From a virus (taxonomy: Duplodnaviria; Caudoviricetes), in the IMG/VR virus record IMGVR_UViG_3300021399_000099, positions 128,001-192,000 of that record: a stretch of 64,000 nucleotides of DNA; one strand, 5' to 3'. The notes under the pieces are model-generated. The model saw nothing but the letters and a program-made list of their open reading frames with translations, did no database searches and was not told the DNA's origin. Within the stretch, counting starts at the first letter, position 1, and each line of letters opens with the position of its first letter. This document shows positions 43,872-52,417 of the stretch, one piece after another. The position numbers and the translations under genes are program-made.

Positions 43872-44015
43872 ATAAATAAAGCAACGTTGCCGAATCGAAC
43901 TTTATTGTGGTGCTCAATTTTTCCACACCACTCACCGCTTCGAGCTACTCTTTCTTGCGCTCTAAGACATATCCTCGGGTGTCGCAAGTGTCGTTTAAAC
44001 ACCAACATTGCTTTG

Positions 44016-44089
44016 TGGACCGGATGGGATTCGAACCCACAACAACTAGAATGCAAATCTAGCGCTCTACCAATTGGAGCTACCAGCCC
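44016..44089 (-). tRNA. tRNA-Ala(UGC)
   Basis: G3:U70, loop TTTGCAT. Confidence 0.88.
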
Positions 44090-44392
44090 ATAATGTGATT
44101 TTTGTCTCCATCAAATAGTTACTCATTGGTTATCCGGTTGCAACCGCACCTCAGACACTTGTCTTACCCGCACGGCCCTACTTCACTATTGACTTTAACC
44201 ATTCCTGAGTTTTTTAACCTTTCTAAACTCCTTTCATCGGCTATTCACCTGCCTACTCACTAAATATAGTTTTTAAGGAGTAACGTTACCTCTCCCTTAG
44301 TGCTCATTTGGCTGCGCAACCGTGGTCTCGCACATAGCCACCGATATTAACGCATATCTCCACGACGCGCTTTAAGGACGGCGTAATCCTTG

Positions 44393-44478
44393 CGGAGAGC
44401 GGAGGTGTCGAACCCCATACGTTTCACCGTACGAATAGTTTTCAAGACTACCTTCGGAGCCGTCCGAATTCACTCTCC
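44393..44478 (-). tRNA. tRNA-Ser(UGA)
   Basis: long variable arm. Confidence 0.82.
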
Positions 44479-45405
44479 AAGATTGTTTCGTTTTCTATAG
44501 TCAGACATTGCGTGTTTTCCAACCCCAAAATGTTTTGCTATACTTTTCCACGTTAGTCCAGTTTCCCTAAGTTTTATTACTTCGGCTTTTGAAATATTAT
44601 CAGTTTTTCTTTTTATATGTTCTTCTTTAATTTTTCTACCCTTTACCCACCCATTTTTAACATATTCTGCGAGGTCTTCCTTTTTTATTTTTAGGTTTTT
44701 TACGCCATTAGTAATCCAACATGTACCGTACTGTGAATTTTTAACACCAATTTGGTCGCCGTTTGCTCTGTGCGAATTTGACATCTTTTCTTTTGTTAAC
44801 TCGGAATGGTTTCTTCCCACCCAAACAGCTTTTAATTCCCCGTTTAAATATCTTTCATCATCAAGATTAACAGACATCGTATTGCCGCTCATATCATAAA
44901 CGGTTATTCTTCCTTTAGATTGATGAAGATACCTTTCTTGGTTATTTTTATATTCAGAGGTTTCAATAAGCTTATATTTTTCCTCTTCGGTGTCAAAAAC
45001 TGCGATTTTTCCTTTAGAAAAGGGAACATATTTTCCGGAAAGATAATCTTCATCATCCGGCTTAATCCTATAAAAAACACCATTTTCGTCTCTAACCAAG
45101 ATTGTTCCGGTGGTGACACCAAAATCACCACCAATTTTTAAGTTATAACAATTGGTATCCAAAACACAAGATTCGGTCACTACTTCATTTTCATATTCGG
45201 ATGCCTGCTCTCGTGTTTTAAAATATTTTAGGATTGTCTTTTTAAAATTTTCCTTACCAAACTGTCTATACGCCCTTTTCAATCTCCTTCCAGACCCCAT
45301 ATAGCCATCCTCAATGTCGTTTGTTGAGTGTATCCCAAAATAATAATTTCCGTTTAACTGGTTTTCAATCTTATAAAAATAATGATATTTGTAATCACGT
45401 TCCAT
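44470..45405 (-). CDS. GIY-YIG (Seg-like) homing endonuclease in tRNA array
   Basis: YFYKIEN..NGNYYFGIHS...GYMGSG, YNLKIGG, NUMOD-like repeats. Confidence 0.85.
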   Translation of the reverse strand: MERDYKYHYFYKIENQLNGNYYFGIHSTNDIEDGYMGSGRRLKRAYRQFGKENFKKTILKYFKTREQASEYENEVVTESCVLDTNCYNLKIGGDFGVTTGTILVRDENGVFYRIKPDDEDYLSGKYVPFSKGKIAVFDTEEEKYKLIETSEYKNNQERYLHQSKGRITVYDMSGNTMSVNLDDERYLNGELKAVWVGRNHSELTKEKMSNSHRANGDQIGVKNSQYGTCWITNGVKNLKIKKEDLAEYVKNGWVKGRKIKEEHIKRKTDNISKAEVIKLRETGLTWKSIAKHFGVGKHAMSDYRKRNNLGE

Positions 45406-45471
45406 ATGTTCGTATTTATAATATAAATATAACGAACACGCGAAACCATGTAAATATTTTTCAAAAAAAAC

Positions 45472-45538
45472 GGGAAACGGTTGTTGTTTTCAAAGCCAAA
45501 AATTGAATATTAACGTTAAAACTTGCTGTGTGTTTCCC
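45472..45538 (-). ncRNA. minimal GGGAAAC-N3-CAGCAA module RNA
   Basis: terminal stem GGGAAAC/GTTTCCC. Confidence 0.6.
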
Positions 45539-45675
45539 TTATGTTTCTAATTACCACTATTCCCTTCTGGATTTCGTTATCCACTTTGGTCAGTACTGGG
45601 AAATCGGACATCCTGACTTTGGTGCGGAATCTGGAATTGCACCGCTCCTACTTTCCTGATTTTATGGTAATTACG

Positions 45676-45759
45676 TGCGGCAGGTGAGACTCGAACTCAC
45701 ACGGGAATAATGCCCACCAGTCCCTCAAACTGGCCTGGCTACCATTACAGCACTGCCGC
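45676..45759 (-). tRNA. tRNA-Leu(GAG)
   Basis: long variable arm. Confidence 0.85.
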
Positions 45760-45829
45760 ATAATGTCTGTTTCTTATCCTTTTCGGTCACCCTTAATAAG
45801 TGTTGAACAGACCTAAAGTCTCCCTAGTA

Positions 45830-45952
45830 TGCTGAGAGTTGGATTCGAACCAACGCGTGTCAATTCCGTCGCACCAGAATTGTGATAGCGGGCTTCCCCA
45901 TAGTTGCGATTCCGGGGTCCTCCGCTGTGTTCAGCCACTTCACTACCTCAGC
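45830..45952 (-). ncRNA. tRNA-like RNA with expanded anticodon and variable arms
   Basis: intact acceptor, D and T arms; loops TCGCA and TGCGA complementary. Confidence 0.6.
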
Positions 45953-46066
45953 CTTCGAGACCATATTTTTACCCGGCTGGTTAGACCGGTCCGACTTGTC
46001 AATGAACTTGCTTTATTAATATACAAAAACTGTGCCAAAAACACAAATTTTTTGCAAAAAATTTTG

Positions 46067-46147
46067 TCCGGATGGCTGGATTCGAACCAGCGAGGCGTTT
46101 GCGGGGCCTTATGAGAGCCCTCCGATACCAGCTTCGGGCACATCCGG
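46067..46147 (-). tRNA. tRNA with CAU anticodon (Met/Ile2) and long variable arm
   Basis: GGGCT-CTCATAA-GGCCC. Confidence 0.72.
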
Positions 46148-46154
46148 ATGCCTA

Positions 46155-46469
46155 TTACTTAAAAAGACCTTCGATTTTTCCTTTTATTTTCTTTATATCA
46201 TCCTCAATTTCCTGAATAAGGTCATAATCGGAATCTTCCTTGTCAATTTCGGCTATTACTTTTTCAATGCCAATTATTTCACCCTTAAATATTTCGAGTG
46301 TTTCCGGGTCGTTTTTAGCGTTATCGTCGTTATTAATTTGTTTGATATGCTTTTCTATGTCCGAAAAACATGCCCTCATCTTATGAAGTTCATGATGCTT
46401 TGTTTCCTTATAAGTCACATAACACCCTAGAACAATTAGCAATACAAATATTAAAATTATCCAAAACAT
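46155..46469 (-). CDS. hypothetical membrane-anchored protein
   Basis: N-terminal TM helix, coiled coil. Confidence 0.6.
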   Translation of the reverse strand: MFWIILIFVLLIVLGCYVTYKETKHHELHKMRACFSDIEKHIKQINNDDNAKNDPETLEIFKGEIIGIEKVIAEIDKEDSDYDLIQEIEDDIKKIKGKIEGLFK

Positions 46470-46486
46470 AATACTATAATTTTTAA

Positions 46487-47587
46487 TTAGTTAGCAGGGG
46501 TGCAAGGATTCAAACCCTGACCAACGGTTTTTAGTATTTCCGGCATATATTTCTTAATGAAATCCATAAGCGTTTGTCTGTTAATACCGGTAGTTTTACT
46601 TAATTTAGTTAGCCACCCTCTTTCACTAGTATCTATTCCCGCCTCTACTATTATTTTTTTTCTATTTCTTATTTTTTCTTTATCTTCTTCCTTTTTTTTA
46701 ATTTGGCTATCTTTTCTCCTCTTTACTGACTCAATAGCCTTTTCTTTCGTATAACAAGTTGCATAAAAATCTGGGTCGTTTTTCATTAAAAATTCCCTAA
46801 CATGTAATTGGGTCATTCCAACCAATTCGCCAGCTTTCTTTACCCACCCCCATTTTTGAAAATCTATCCCACTATTTTTTATAGTTTCAAGTTTTTCGGT
46901 TGTTGTTTTTATTTTTTCCTCTTCTTTTTGAATTTTTTTATTTAGCTTTTCTTCAACCTCTTTTATTATTTCCTTTGCTGTTCTTTTCTTTGCATTTTTC
47001 CCGCAATAGTTATCAGTTAAAGCATGACAGTTTGGGCATAAAATCTGTAGGTTTTCAATAGAATTGTTGGTTCTGTCTCCGTCTATGTGATGAACTTGTA
47101 GTGGTATCGGTTCCCCTTCCCATTCAACTCTTCCACATCTTTCGCACACCCTTTCTTTAATCCCAAACTTAAACAAGTAACCAGATATTCTGCTACTTGA
47201 TATTAAGCTTTCCTTTTTAAAAATATCTTCTTCTTTTAAAGAGTTTTTATGCTGGTTGCTTTTCCCCTTTCTATTAAAATGAGTGGTATCTAACCCATAT
47301 TTTTTGGCGATTTTTTTAAATTCTAAATATGTATTACTTCCTACACTCAAATTAAGCTCTTTTGCCACCTCTGAAAAATTGTTTTTTACTTTAATCAGTT
47401 CACAAACCGCTTTCTCCCTTTTTTCTTTTTCTTTTTGGTTTTGCGTAATGTGTTTTTGGTCTTCCATGAATTTTGGCGCAAGAACCAGTTTAATATATCT
47501 TTTATCCTCGTTTAAAATTTTAGAAATTTCTTCCCTTGTTTTTCCTTCATCATATAAGGCATATACCTTTTTCATTCGCTCGTTCAT
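46487..47587 (-). CDS. HNH homing endonuclease
   Basis: CERCG...LQVHHIDGDRTNN..ENLQILCPNCH. Confidence 0.88.
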   Translation of the reverse strand: MNERMKKVYALYDEGKTREEISKILNEDKRYIKLVLAPKFMEDQKHITQNQKEKEKREKAVCELIKVKNNFSEVAKELNLSVGSNTYLEFKKIAKKYGLDTTHFNRKGKSNQHKNSLKEEDIFKKESLISSSRISGYLFKFGIKERVCERCGRVEWEGEPIPLQVHHIDGDRTNNSIENLQILCPNCHALTDNYCGKNAKKRTAKEIIKEVEEKLNKKIQKEEEKIKTTTEKLETIKNSGIDFQKWGWVKKAGELVGMTQLHVREFLMKNDPDFYATCYTKEKAIESVKRRKDSQIKKKEEDKEKIRNRKKIIVEAGIDTSERGWLTKLSKTTGINRQTLMDFIKKYMPEILKTVGQGLNPCTPAN

Positions 47588-47662
47588 CTCTTTTTATTTT
47601 TGCTATATATAAATATATACGAACTTGGAAAAAAAATCAAGGTTTTAATTTTTTTTTACCTG

Positions 47663-47747
47663 CAAGAGTGGGAGGATTCGAACCCCCGAGGACATTACTC
47701 CTTCTGGTTTTGGAGACCAGTGCCATCAACCACTCGGCCACACTCTT
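47663..47747 (-). tRNA. tRNA-Trp(CCA) with long variable arm
   Basis: CTGGT-CTCCAAA-ACCAG. Confidence 0.82.
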
Positions 47748-47756
47748 ATATTTTAC

Positions 47757-47821
47757 GGGAAACTGTTTTTAATGTCGGCGTTACAGGCTGATTTTCAAAA
47801 GTAACTTGCTGTCTGTTTCCC
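47757..47821 (-). ncRNA. module RNA carrying a Tyr(GUA) anticodon stem-loop
   Basis: GGGAAACAGACAGCAAG...TCAGC-CTGTAAC-GCCGA...GTTTCCC. Confidence 0.65.
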
Positions 47822-47831
47822 TATATTTTAT

Positions 47832-48302
47832 TTATCTTCTTGCCTTATAGTCGGCCATCGTAGTTGATAGCGGGCAGAGCGTCTTCCATCTACATTCAAA
47901 TCCCTCTGACTCAACCCATCCTTTAGCCGCACTAAAGGCTACGTTAGACCCAGCATCCTCATCCGGACTAATGTCAATGTCAATATACTTAACAAAGATG
48001 CCAGAATCCCTCATTAACTTTGCTACATCAAGAGAAGCCATTGTTTCGTCCATCATTCTGTCAAAAATCTCAGACTTCTTATATCTTCTACTTCTCCAAG
48101 TCCTGGAAATAACGTGCGCCCCATGTCCATGCTCACCATCGCCACTGTCGTAAAGGGCGACAATTGTAGCAAAACAAGTGTGCCCGCCGTGGCATTGAGA
48201 GTCCGTACTAACCATAATCTGGATATTACGGTGTGTGTGGCAGTAGTTGCCTACATAAGTTACCAGGTCTATTTTCTCCCCATTAAATTTCTTGAACTCC
48301 AT
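47832..48302 (-). CDS. RNase H-like YkuK/DUF458 family protein
   Basis: VSTDSQ, GHGAH, RMMDE..SL, IDIDI, ADY. Confidence 0.75.
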   Translation of the reverse strand: MEFKKFNGEKIDLVTYVGNYCHTHRNIQIMVSTDSQCHGGHTCFATIVALYDSGDGEHGHGAHVISRTWRSRRYKKSEIFDRMMDETMASLDVAKLMRDSGIFVKYIDIDISPDEDAGSNVAFSAAKGWVESEGFECRWKTLCPLSTTMADYKARR

Positions 48303-48342
48303 ACTTCATACTCCTTAACTTTTATAAATATTATCCTTTTTG

Positions 48343-48707
48343 CGGAAGACTGAGGTGCCGACCCCCACACCATACAGTGCGCTTCGCTTTCAAGACGAGC
48401 CCCAAGGCCGCTCAGGTTAATCTTCCATATTTGTGCGGATAGCGGAGGTCCCGACCCCCACCCCAAAAGGAGCGTACCGCTTTCGAGACGGACTTGAGCC
48501 CCGCCCAATTCACTATCCGAGGAAGAGACTGGTACCGACCCAGACCCGTTTTTTAGACGAGCAGACACCTTTCCAGAGTGCTCCGGTAACCCCGACCGGT
48601 TCCTCTTCCAATATGGCGGTGAGGGAGGGGCTCGAACCCTCGCGCCGGGTTTTAACCGACCTAACGGTTTAGCAAACCGTCCCCTTCACCAACTTGGGTA
48701 CCTCACC
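48343..48707 (-). tRNA. four tandem tRNA-Ser: UGA 48343-48426, CGA 48436-48518, GGA 48520-48609, GCU 48614-48707
   Basis: long variable arms; anticodons read directly. Confidence 0.8.
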
Positions 48708-48711
48708 ATAG

Positions 48712-48782
48712 TTGGGATATTTAGATTCGAACTAAAATAACAACTTTCAGAGAGTTGCATGTTACCATTACATCATACCCCA
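48712..48782 (-). tRNA. tRNA-Gln(CUG)
   Basis: loop CTCTGAA. Confidence 0.82.
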
Positions 48783-48790
48783 ATATTTAC

Positions 48791-48855
48791 AGGAAACATT
48801 TGTTCAGAATGTTAGATTAAAAGTCTAGTCCTTAAAAACTTGCTGTATGTTTCCT
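48791..48855 (-). ncRNA. module RNA carrying a Lys(UUU) anticodon stem-loop
   Basis: AGGAAACATACAGCAAG...TAGA-CTTTTAA-TCTA...GTTTCCT. Confidence 0.68.
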
Positions 48856-48857
48856 TG

Positions 48858-48929
48858 AGCGGGTAGCCAGAATCGAACTGGCGTTTCCAGCATGGCAAGC
48901 TGGCGCACTAGCCACTGTGCTATACCCGC
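48858..48929 (-). tRNA. tRNA-Gly(GCC)
   Basis: cloverleaf. Confidence 0.88.
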
Positions 48930-49097
48930 GAATGCACTTACTAAACCCATAATAACTGGTACCGCTTTTCATTACGGACAACATCGGTGCAATGTTTGCC
49001 ATAGGCATCATTGGATTTAACATCTTTCTCCATTTCAGGTCCATCAGCATCTTCCTCAACCGCAGAATCAAGTCCTGCTTTCATAGTATGGCTTTTG

Positions 49098-49172
49098 TCG
49101 GGAAGACCGGATTCGAACCGACATGCTCCTGCCTCCGATGCAGGCGAGATAAAACCATTCCTCTACTTCCCG
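49098..49172 (-). tRNA. tRNA-Pro(CGG)
   Basis: CCTGC-ATCGGAG-GCAGG. Confidence 0.8.
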
Positions 49173-49176
49173 TTAT

Positions 49177-49260
49177 TGGTGGCACTACCGGATTCGAACC
49201 GGTGTTTGGAATACTCCCCAGAGCCACAATCTGGTGCCTAACCTCTCGGCCAAGTGTCAC
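49177..49260 (-). tRNA. tRNA-His(GUG) with long variable arm
   Basis: loop TTGTGGC, CCA encoded. Confidence 0.8.
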
Positions 49261-49261
49261 G

Positions 49262-49340
49262 CGGGCACGACCCGAATCGAACGGGTGCCTTCAGAGCTTC
49301 AATCTGACGCGCAAATAACAACCACCTACGCTACATGCCC
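49262..49340 (-). tRNA. tRNA-Phe(GAA)
   Basis: TCAGA-TTGAAGC-TCTGA. Confidence 0.78.
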
Positions 49341-49347
49341 ATTATTG

Positions 49348-49601
49348 TGGAGGCCCCCGGAGTCGAGCCGGGTTCTCCGGATTGTTTGATGCATAGGATT
49401 CGAACCTATATTCCCTGCGATGGGGCAACCTTTATGAAGAATACCTGCCTCTTCTTGGATTCGTTTTCACATCTCAGACCGTTACTCCGCTTATCTTTTC
49501 ACAGTCTCCGCGGAACTCCTCCCGATGGTATGCCACTTCCCATTCAGCATCAAAGTGTCCATAATTCAGTCCGGTGCATAGACCACCTCTGCCAGACCTC
49601 C
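49348..49601 (-). tRNA. tRNA-Phe(GAA) interrupted by a 181-nt tRNA-like insert
   Basis: exons rejoin to CCGGA-CTGAAAA-TCCGG; insert 49384-49564. Confidence 0.72.
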
Positions 49602-49704
49602 ATAATTGCCAGGCGAAGCTAACCTGGCCCCGAGATTAATCCTGGCTCATCATCTCGGTGTGATAACTTAAAGCCATATCCGTTTATCACTAAGCTTACT
49701 TTTG

Positions 49705-49778
49705 TGGGCAAGGCAGAACTCGAATCTGCGCTCTCCTGAATATCAGTCAGGTGCTTTCACCAACTAAGCTACTCGCCC
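49705..49778 (-). tRNA. tRNA-Ile(GAU)
   Basis: cloverleaf. Confidence 0.85.
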
Positions 49779-49788
49779 AATATATTTG

Positions 49789-50545
49789 TACCCCCGGTGG
49801 GATTCGAACCCACACTACATAGACCCTAAATCTATTGCCATCTTCCAGTTGGGCTACGGAGGCATTTTGGTGCTCAATTCTTATAAGGCGTCTGCAGAGC
49901 ACCACCCACGCCAGTATTCTACAAAAATCGTGCCAAACTTTGTAGCCCCGGTCAGATTCGAACTGACACTTTACAGATTTTGAGACTGTTGCCATCTTCC
50001 AGTTGGGCTACGGGGCCATAAAAAGCACTCCTACTTACATCCCTTAGTCCCCGTTTTTGGTATGTCGGGACATAGTAAAGTCTGTGCTTAGTACCCTTGG
50101 TGAGATTCGAACTCACACTGTATAGGTCCTTAACCTATTGCCGGCTTCCAGTTGGGCTACAAGGGCATATATAAGTTTTTGTATCATACCTTACTATTGA
50201 GGTTGAATATTTAATATTCATTTATACTTAGGATAACTTTAAACCTTCTTTTGGTACCTCCGGTGGGATTCGAACCCACACTTGACAGGTCTTTAAGTCC
50301 TTTGCCGCTTCCAGTTGGGCTACGGAGGCATTTAACAGGCTCATCAGCGTATCCGTTACTTTCAGGCTTTCAGCTAAATAGCGTTCTGCGACGTCTGTCA
50401 GGGCTTTGTTTAGCCTAGCACCCTCCTCCGATTTAAAGAATCCCGAACCAACGTGGATTCTACCTGTTTGTACCCCCAGTGGGATTCGAACCCACACATA
50501 AATACGGTCTGAACGTAAAGCCTCTACCAATTGGGCTACAAGGGC
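49789..50545 (-). tRNA. five short-variable-arm tRNA-Leu: UAG 49789-49863, CAA 49943-50017, AAG 50092-50166, UAA 50252-50329, CAG 50471-50545
   Basis: shared TAGCCCAACTGGAAG D-arm; anticodons read directly. Confidence 0.8.
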
Positions 50546-50550
50546 ATATG

Positions 50551-50685
50551 ATAAAATTATATATTCAATGTAGTAATGGCCACTTCTACAAATTTTACAG
50601 CCAGTGTTTTAACCTCATAAACTATCATATTTGACTACTCTGCAGATTTGAACTCACTTCTCTGACTTGTAATACATAATTTTAT
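50551..50685 (-). ncRNA. permuted tRNA-like RNA in long terminal stem
   Basis: ATAAAATTAT/ATAATTTTAT stem; T-loop GTTCAAATC precedes D-arm TAGTTT..AAAAC. Confidence 0.45.
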
Positions 50686-50686
50686 G

Positions 50687-50761
50687 AGCTCCTAACCGGA
50701 TTCGAACCGATACTTAAACTTTACAAGAGTCTCGTGCTCAGCCATTAAACACCATAGGAGC
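50687..50761 (-). tRNA. tRNA-Thr(UGU)
   Basis: loop CTTGTAA. Confidence 0.82.
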
Positions 50762-51033
50762 ATATGGTTTTCTTTTAAATGCGGTCATGTCCTTCCATGC
50801 TTATTGCCACTTGGGTCTAACCCAAGACATGGGGTGTCATAACTTGGCAGGCTAACCAAGCCTGATTCATTTATCTTTGTTTGGGCTCACGCGATTATTG
50901 CGCCGAAGCGGGAAAATGTCTCCGATTAAAAACCGCTCCTTTTGAGGTTGATAGTGGGAGCGACCACACTACCTTTTTACCTCTCAGCAAGTTACACCTC
51001 AGGGACTTGCAATCTCCTTTCAGTGCTTCCTAG

Positions 51034-51128
51034 TGGGCAGGGAGGGATTCGAACCCTCTTACTGCGAAGTCCGCTACGACTATTTGTTAACGCAGATTGG
51101 TTTTACAGACCAGTGCCGTTACCTACCC
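51034..51128 (-). tRNA. D-armless tRNA-Tyr(GUA) with giant variable arm, copy 1
   Basis: GGGTAGG-TAACGGCA-CTGGT-CTGTAAA-ACCAA. Confidence 0.7.
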
Positions 51129-51141
51129 ATTTTGGTTTTTG

Positions 51142-51319
51142 CGGGGATAGCAGGGCTCGAACCTACAACCTATTGATTAAGACCCGATAAGAGGAATCGA
51201 ACCTCTGTTACCATGTGTCGTAAGACTAGGTGTCCTATACCACTAAACGATACCGAGTTGGTTAATTTCGGATAACCGCCCCGTTTCAGTCAATTGCTCT
51301 ACCATTGAGCTATATCCCC
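51142..51319 (-). tRNA. tRNA-Asn(GUU) with 106-nt intron containing nested tRNA-like domain
   Basis: exons rejoin to ATTGA-CTGTTAA-TCAAT; intron 51181-51286. Confidence 0.75.
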
Positions 51320-51327
51320 ATTGTTTG

Positions 51328-51411
51328 CGTTTGGTGCAGGATTCGAACCTACGGTGTTCTTCACACGGCACATTAACAGTGTGCTGCCTTAAACCACTCG
51401 GCCAACCAAAC
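51328..51411 (-). tRNA. tRNA-Asn(GUU) with long variable arm
   Basis: GCACA-CTGTTAA-TGTGC. Confidence 0.82.
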
Positions 51412-51418
51412 ATATTTG

Positions 51419-51497
51419 TCGCGAAGACTGGACTCGAACCAGCATCCCCCTGCCTCCTATGCAGGCCGCTTACAAAAACCAATTAGCGTACTTCGCG
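51419..51497 (-). tRNA. tRNA-Pro(AGG)
   Basis: CCTGC-ATAGGAG-GCAGG. Confidence 0.75.
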
Positions 51498-51509
51498 TTA
51501 TATTTTATG

Positions 51510-51581
51510 AGCCCCTTGTCGGAATCGAACCAACATCTAGGCGTTACGAATGCCTTATAATAGCCGTTATACTAAAAGGGC
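51510..51581 (-). tRNA. tRNA-Thr(CGU)
   Basis: loop TTCGTAA. Confidence 0.8.
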
Positions 51582-51684
51582 ATATAATGATAACCGTAGT
51601 TGGGTTTGTCAAAGTACCTTTATCTGCCATATTCTCAAGAGCCCAACCTTGTGGCATTGATTATGTACATGCAGTTATCATTTG

Positions 51685-51757
51685 TGGCGGTAACCGGAGT
51701 CGAACCGATATCTGGTGGGTCAAAGCCACCCATACTCAGCCTTTGTACGATACCGCT
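51685..51757 (-). tRNA. tRNA-Gln(UUG)
   Basis: GGTGG-CTTTGAC-CCACC. Confidence 0.8.
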
Positions 51758-51758
51758 G

Positions 51759-51832
51759 TGGACACATGTGGGATTCGAACCCCTCCTTCACAGTGCAAGT
51801 GTGAGGTGCTACCAAGTTACACTACACGGCCC
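51759..51832 (-). tRNA. tRNA-Ala(UGC)
   Basis: TCACA-CTTGCAC-TGTGA. Confidence 0.75.
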
Positions 51833-51936
51833 ATATTTGTGGAACTTACGGATTCGAACCGCCTGTTATCGGGTCTTCCCTCGTTATTTCACCCCGTGAG
51901 CATCCGCCCCCAACTGGCTTTAAGTCCCATATTTTG

Positions 51937-52031
51937 TGGGAGAGGTGAGACTCGAACTCACTTACCGCGAAGGCCAATACGGCTATTTGGTGACGCGGGT
52001 TGGTTTTACAGACCAGTGCCGTTACTCTCCC
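51937..52031 (-). tRNA. D-armless tRNA-Tyr(GUA) with giant variable arm, copy 2
   Basis: same 95-nt architecture as 51034-51128 with compensatory changes. Confidence 0.7.
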
Positions 52032-52039
52032 ATAATTTG

Positions 52040-52224
52040 TGGCTCCGAAGAGGATTCGAACCTCCATTCAGACAGTAGCCTTCCGGATTGGCACTTGTCC
52101 CTGTGTTTATTCTTGCGCCCAACCTTTGGCAGCTCGCGACACTGTTGTTCCTCACTGTCAGGTAACCCCTATTACACACTTCCCTCACCATGCAAGGGCG
52201 ACTTTACCGTTTGTCTATCAAGCC
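52040..52224 (-). ncRNA. tRNA-like RNA with about 110-nt variable-region insert
   Basis: acceptor, D-arm and T-arm recognisable. Confidence 0.55.
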
Positions 52225-52231
52225 ATATTTG

Positions 52232-52411
52232 TACTCCTATCGGGAGTCGAACCCGAATCCCCGGACTGAGAATCCGGTCGCCTGAACCATTAGCAGATAG
52301 GAGCATATATTTCAGTATGTCAAAGAACATATTGGTACTGGGGACGGGACTCGAACCCGCATTTACCGACTTGAAAGGCCGATTACCTAAGACCAATTAG
52401 TAGACCCCAGC
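52232..52411 (-). tRNA. tRNA-Glu(CUC) 52232-52304 and tRNA-Glu(UUC) 52333-52411
   Basis: cloverleaves. Confidence 0.85.
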
Positions 52412-52417
52412 ATATTG

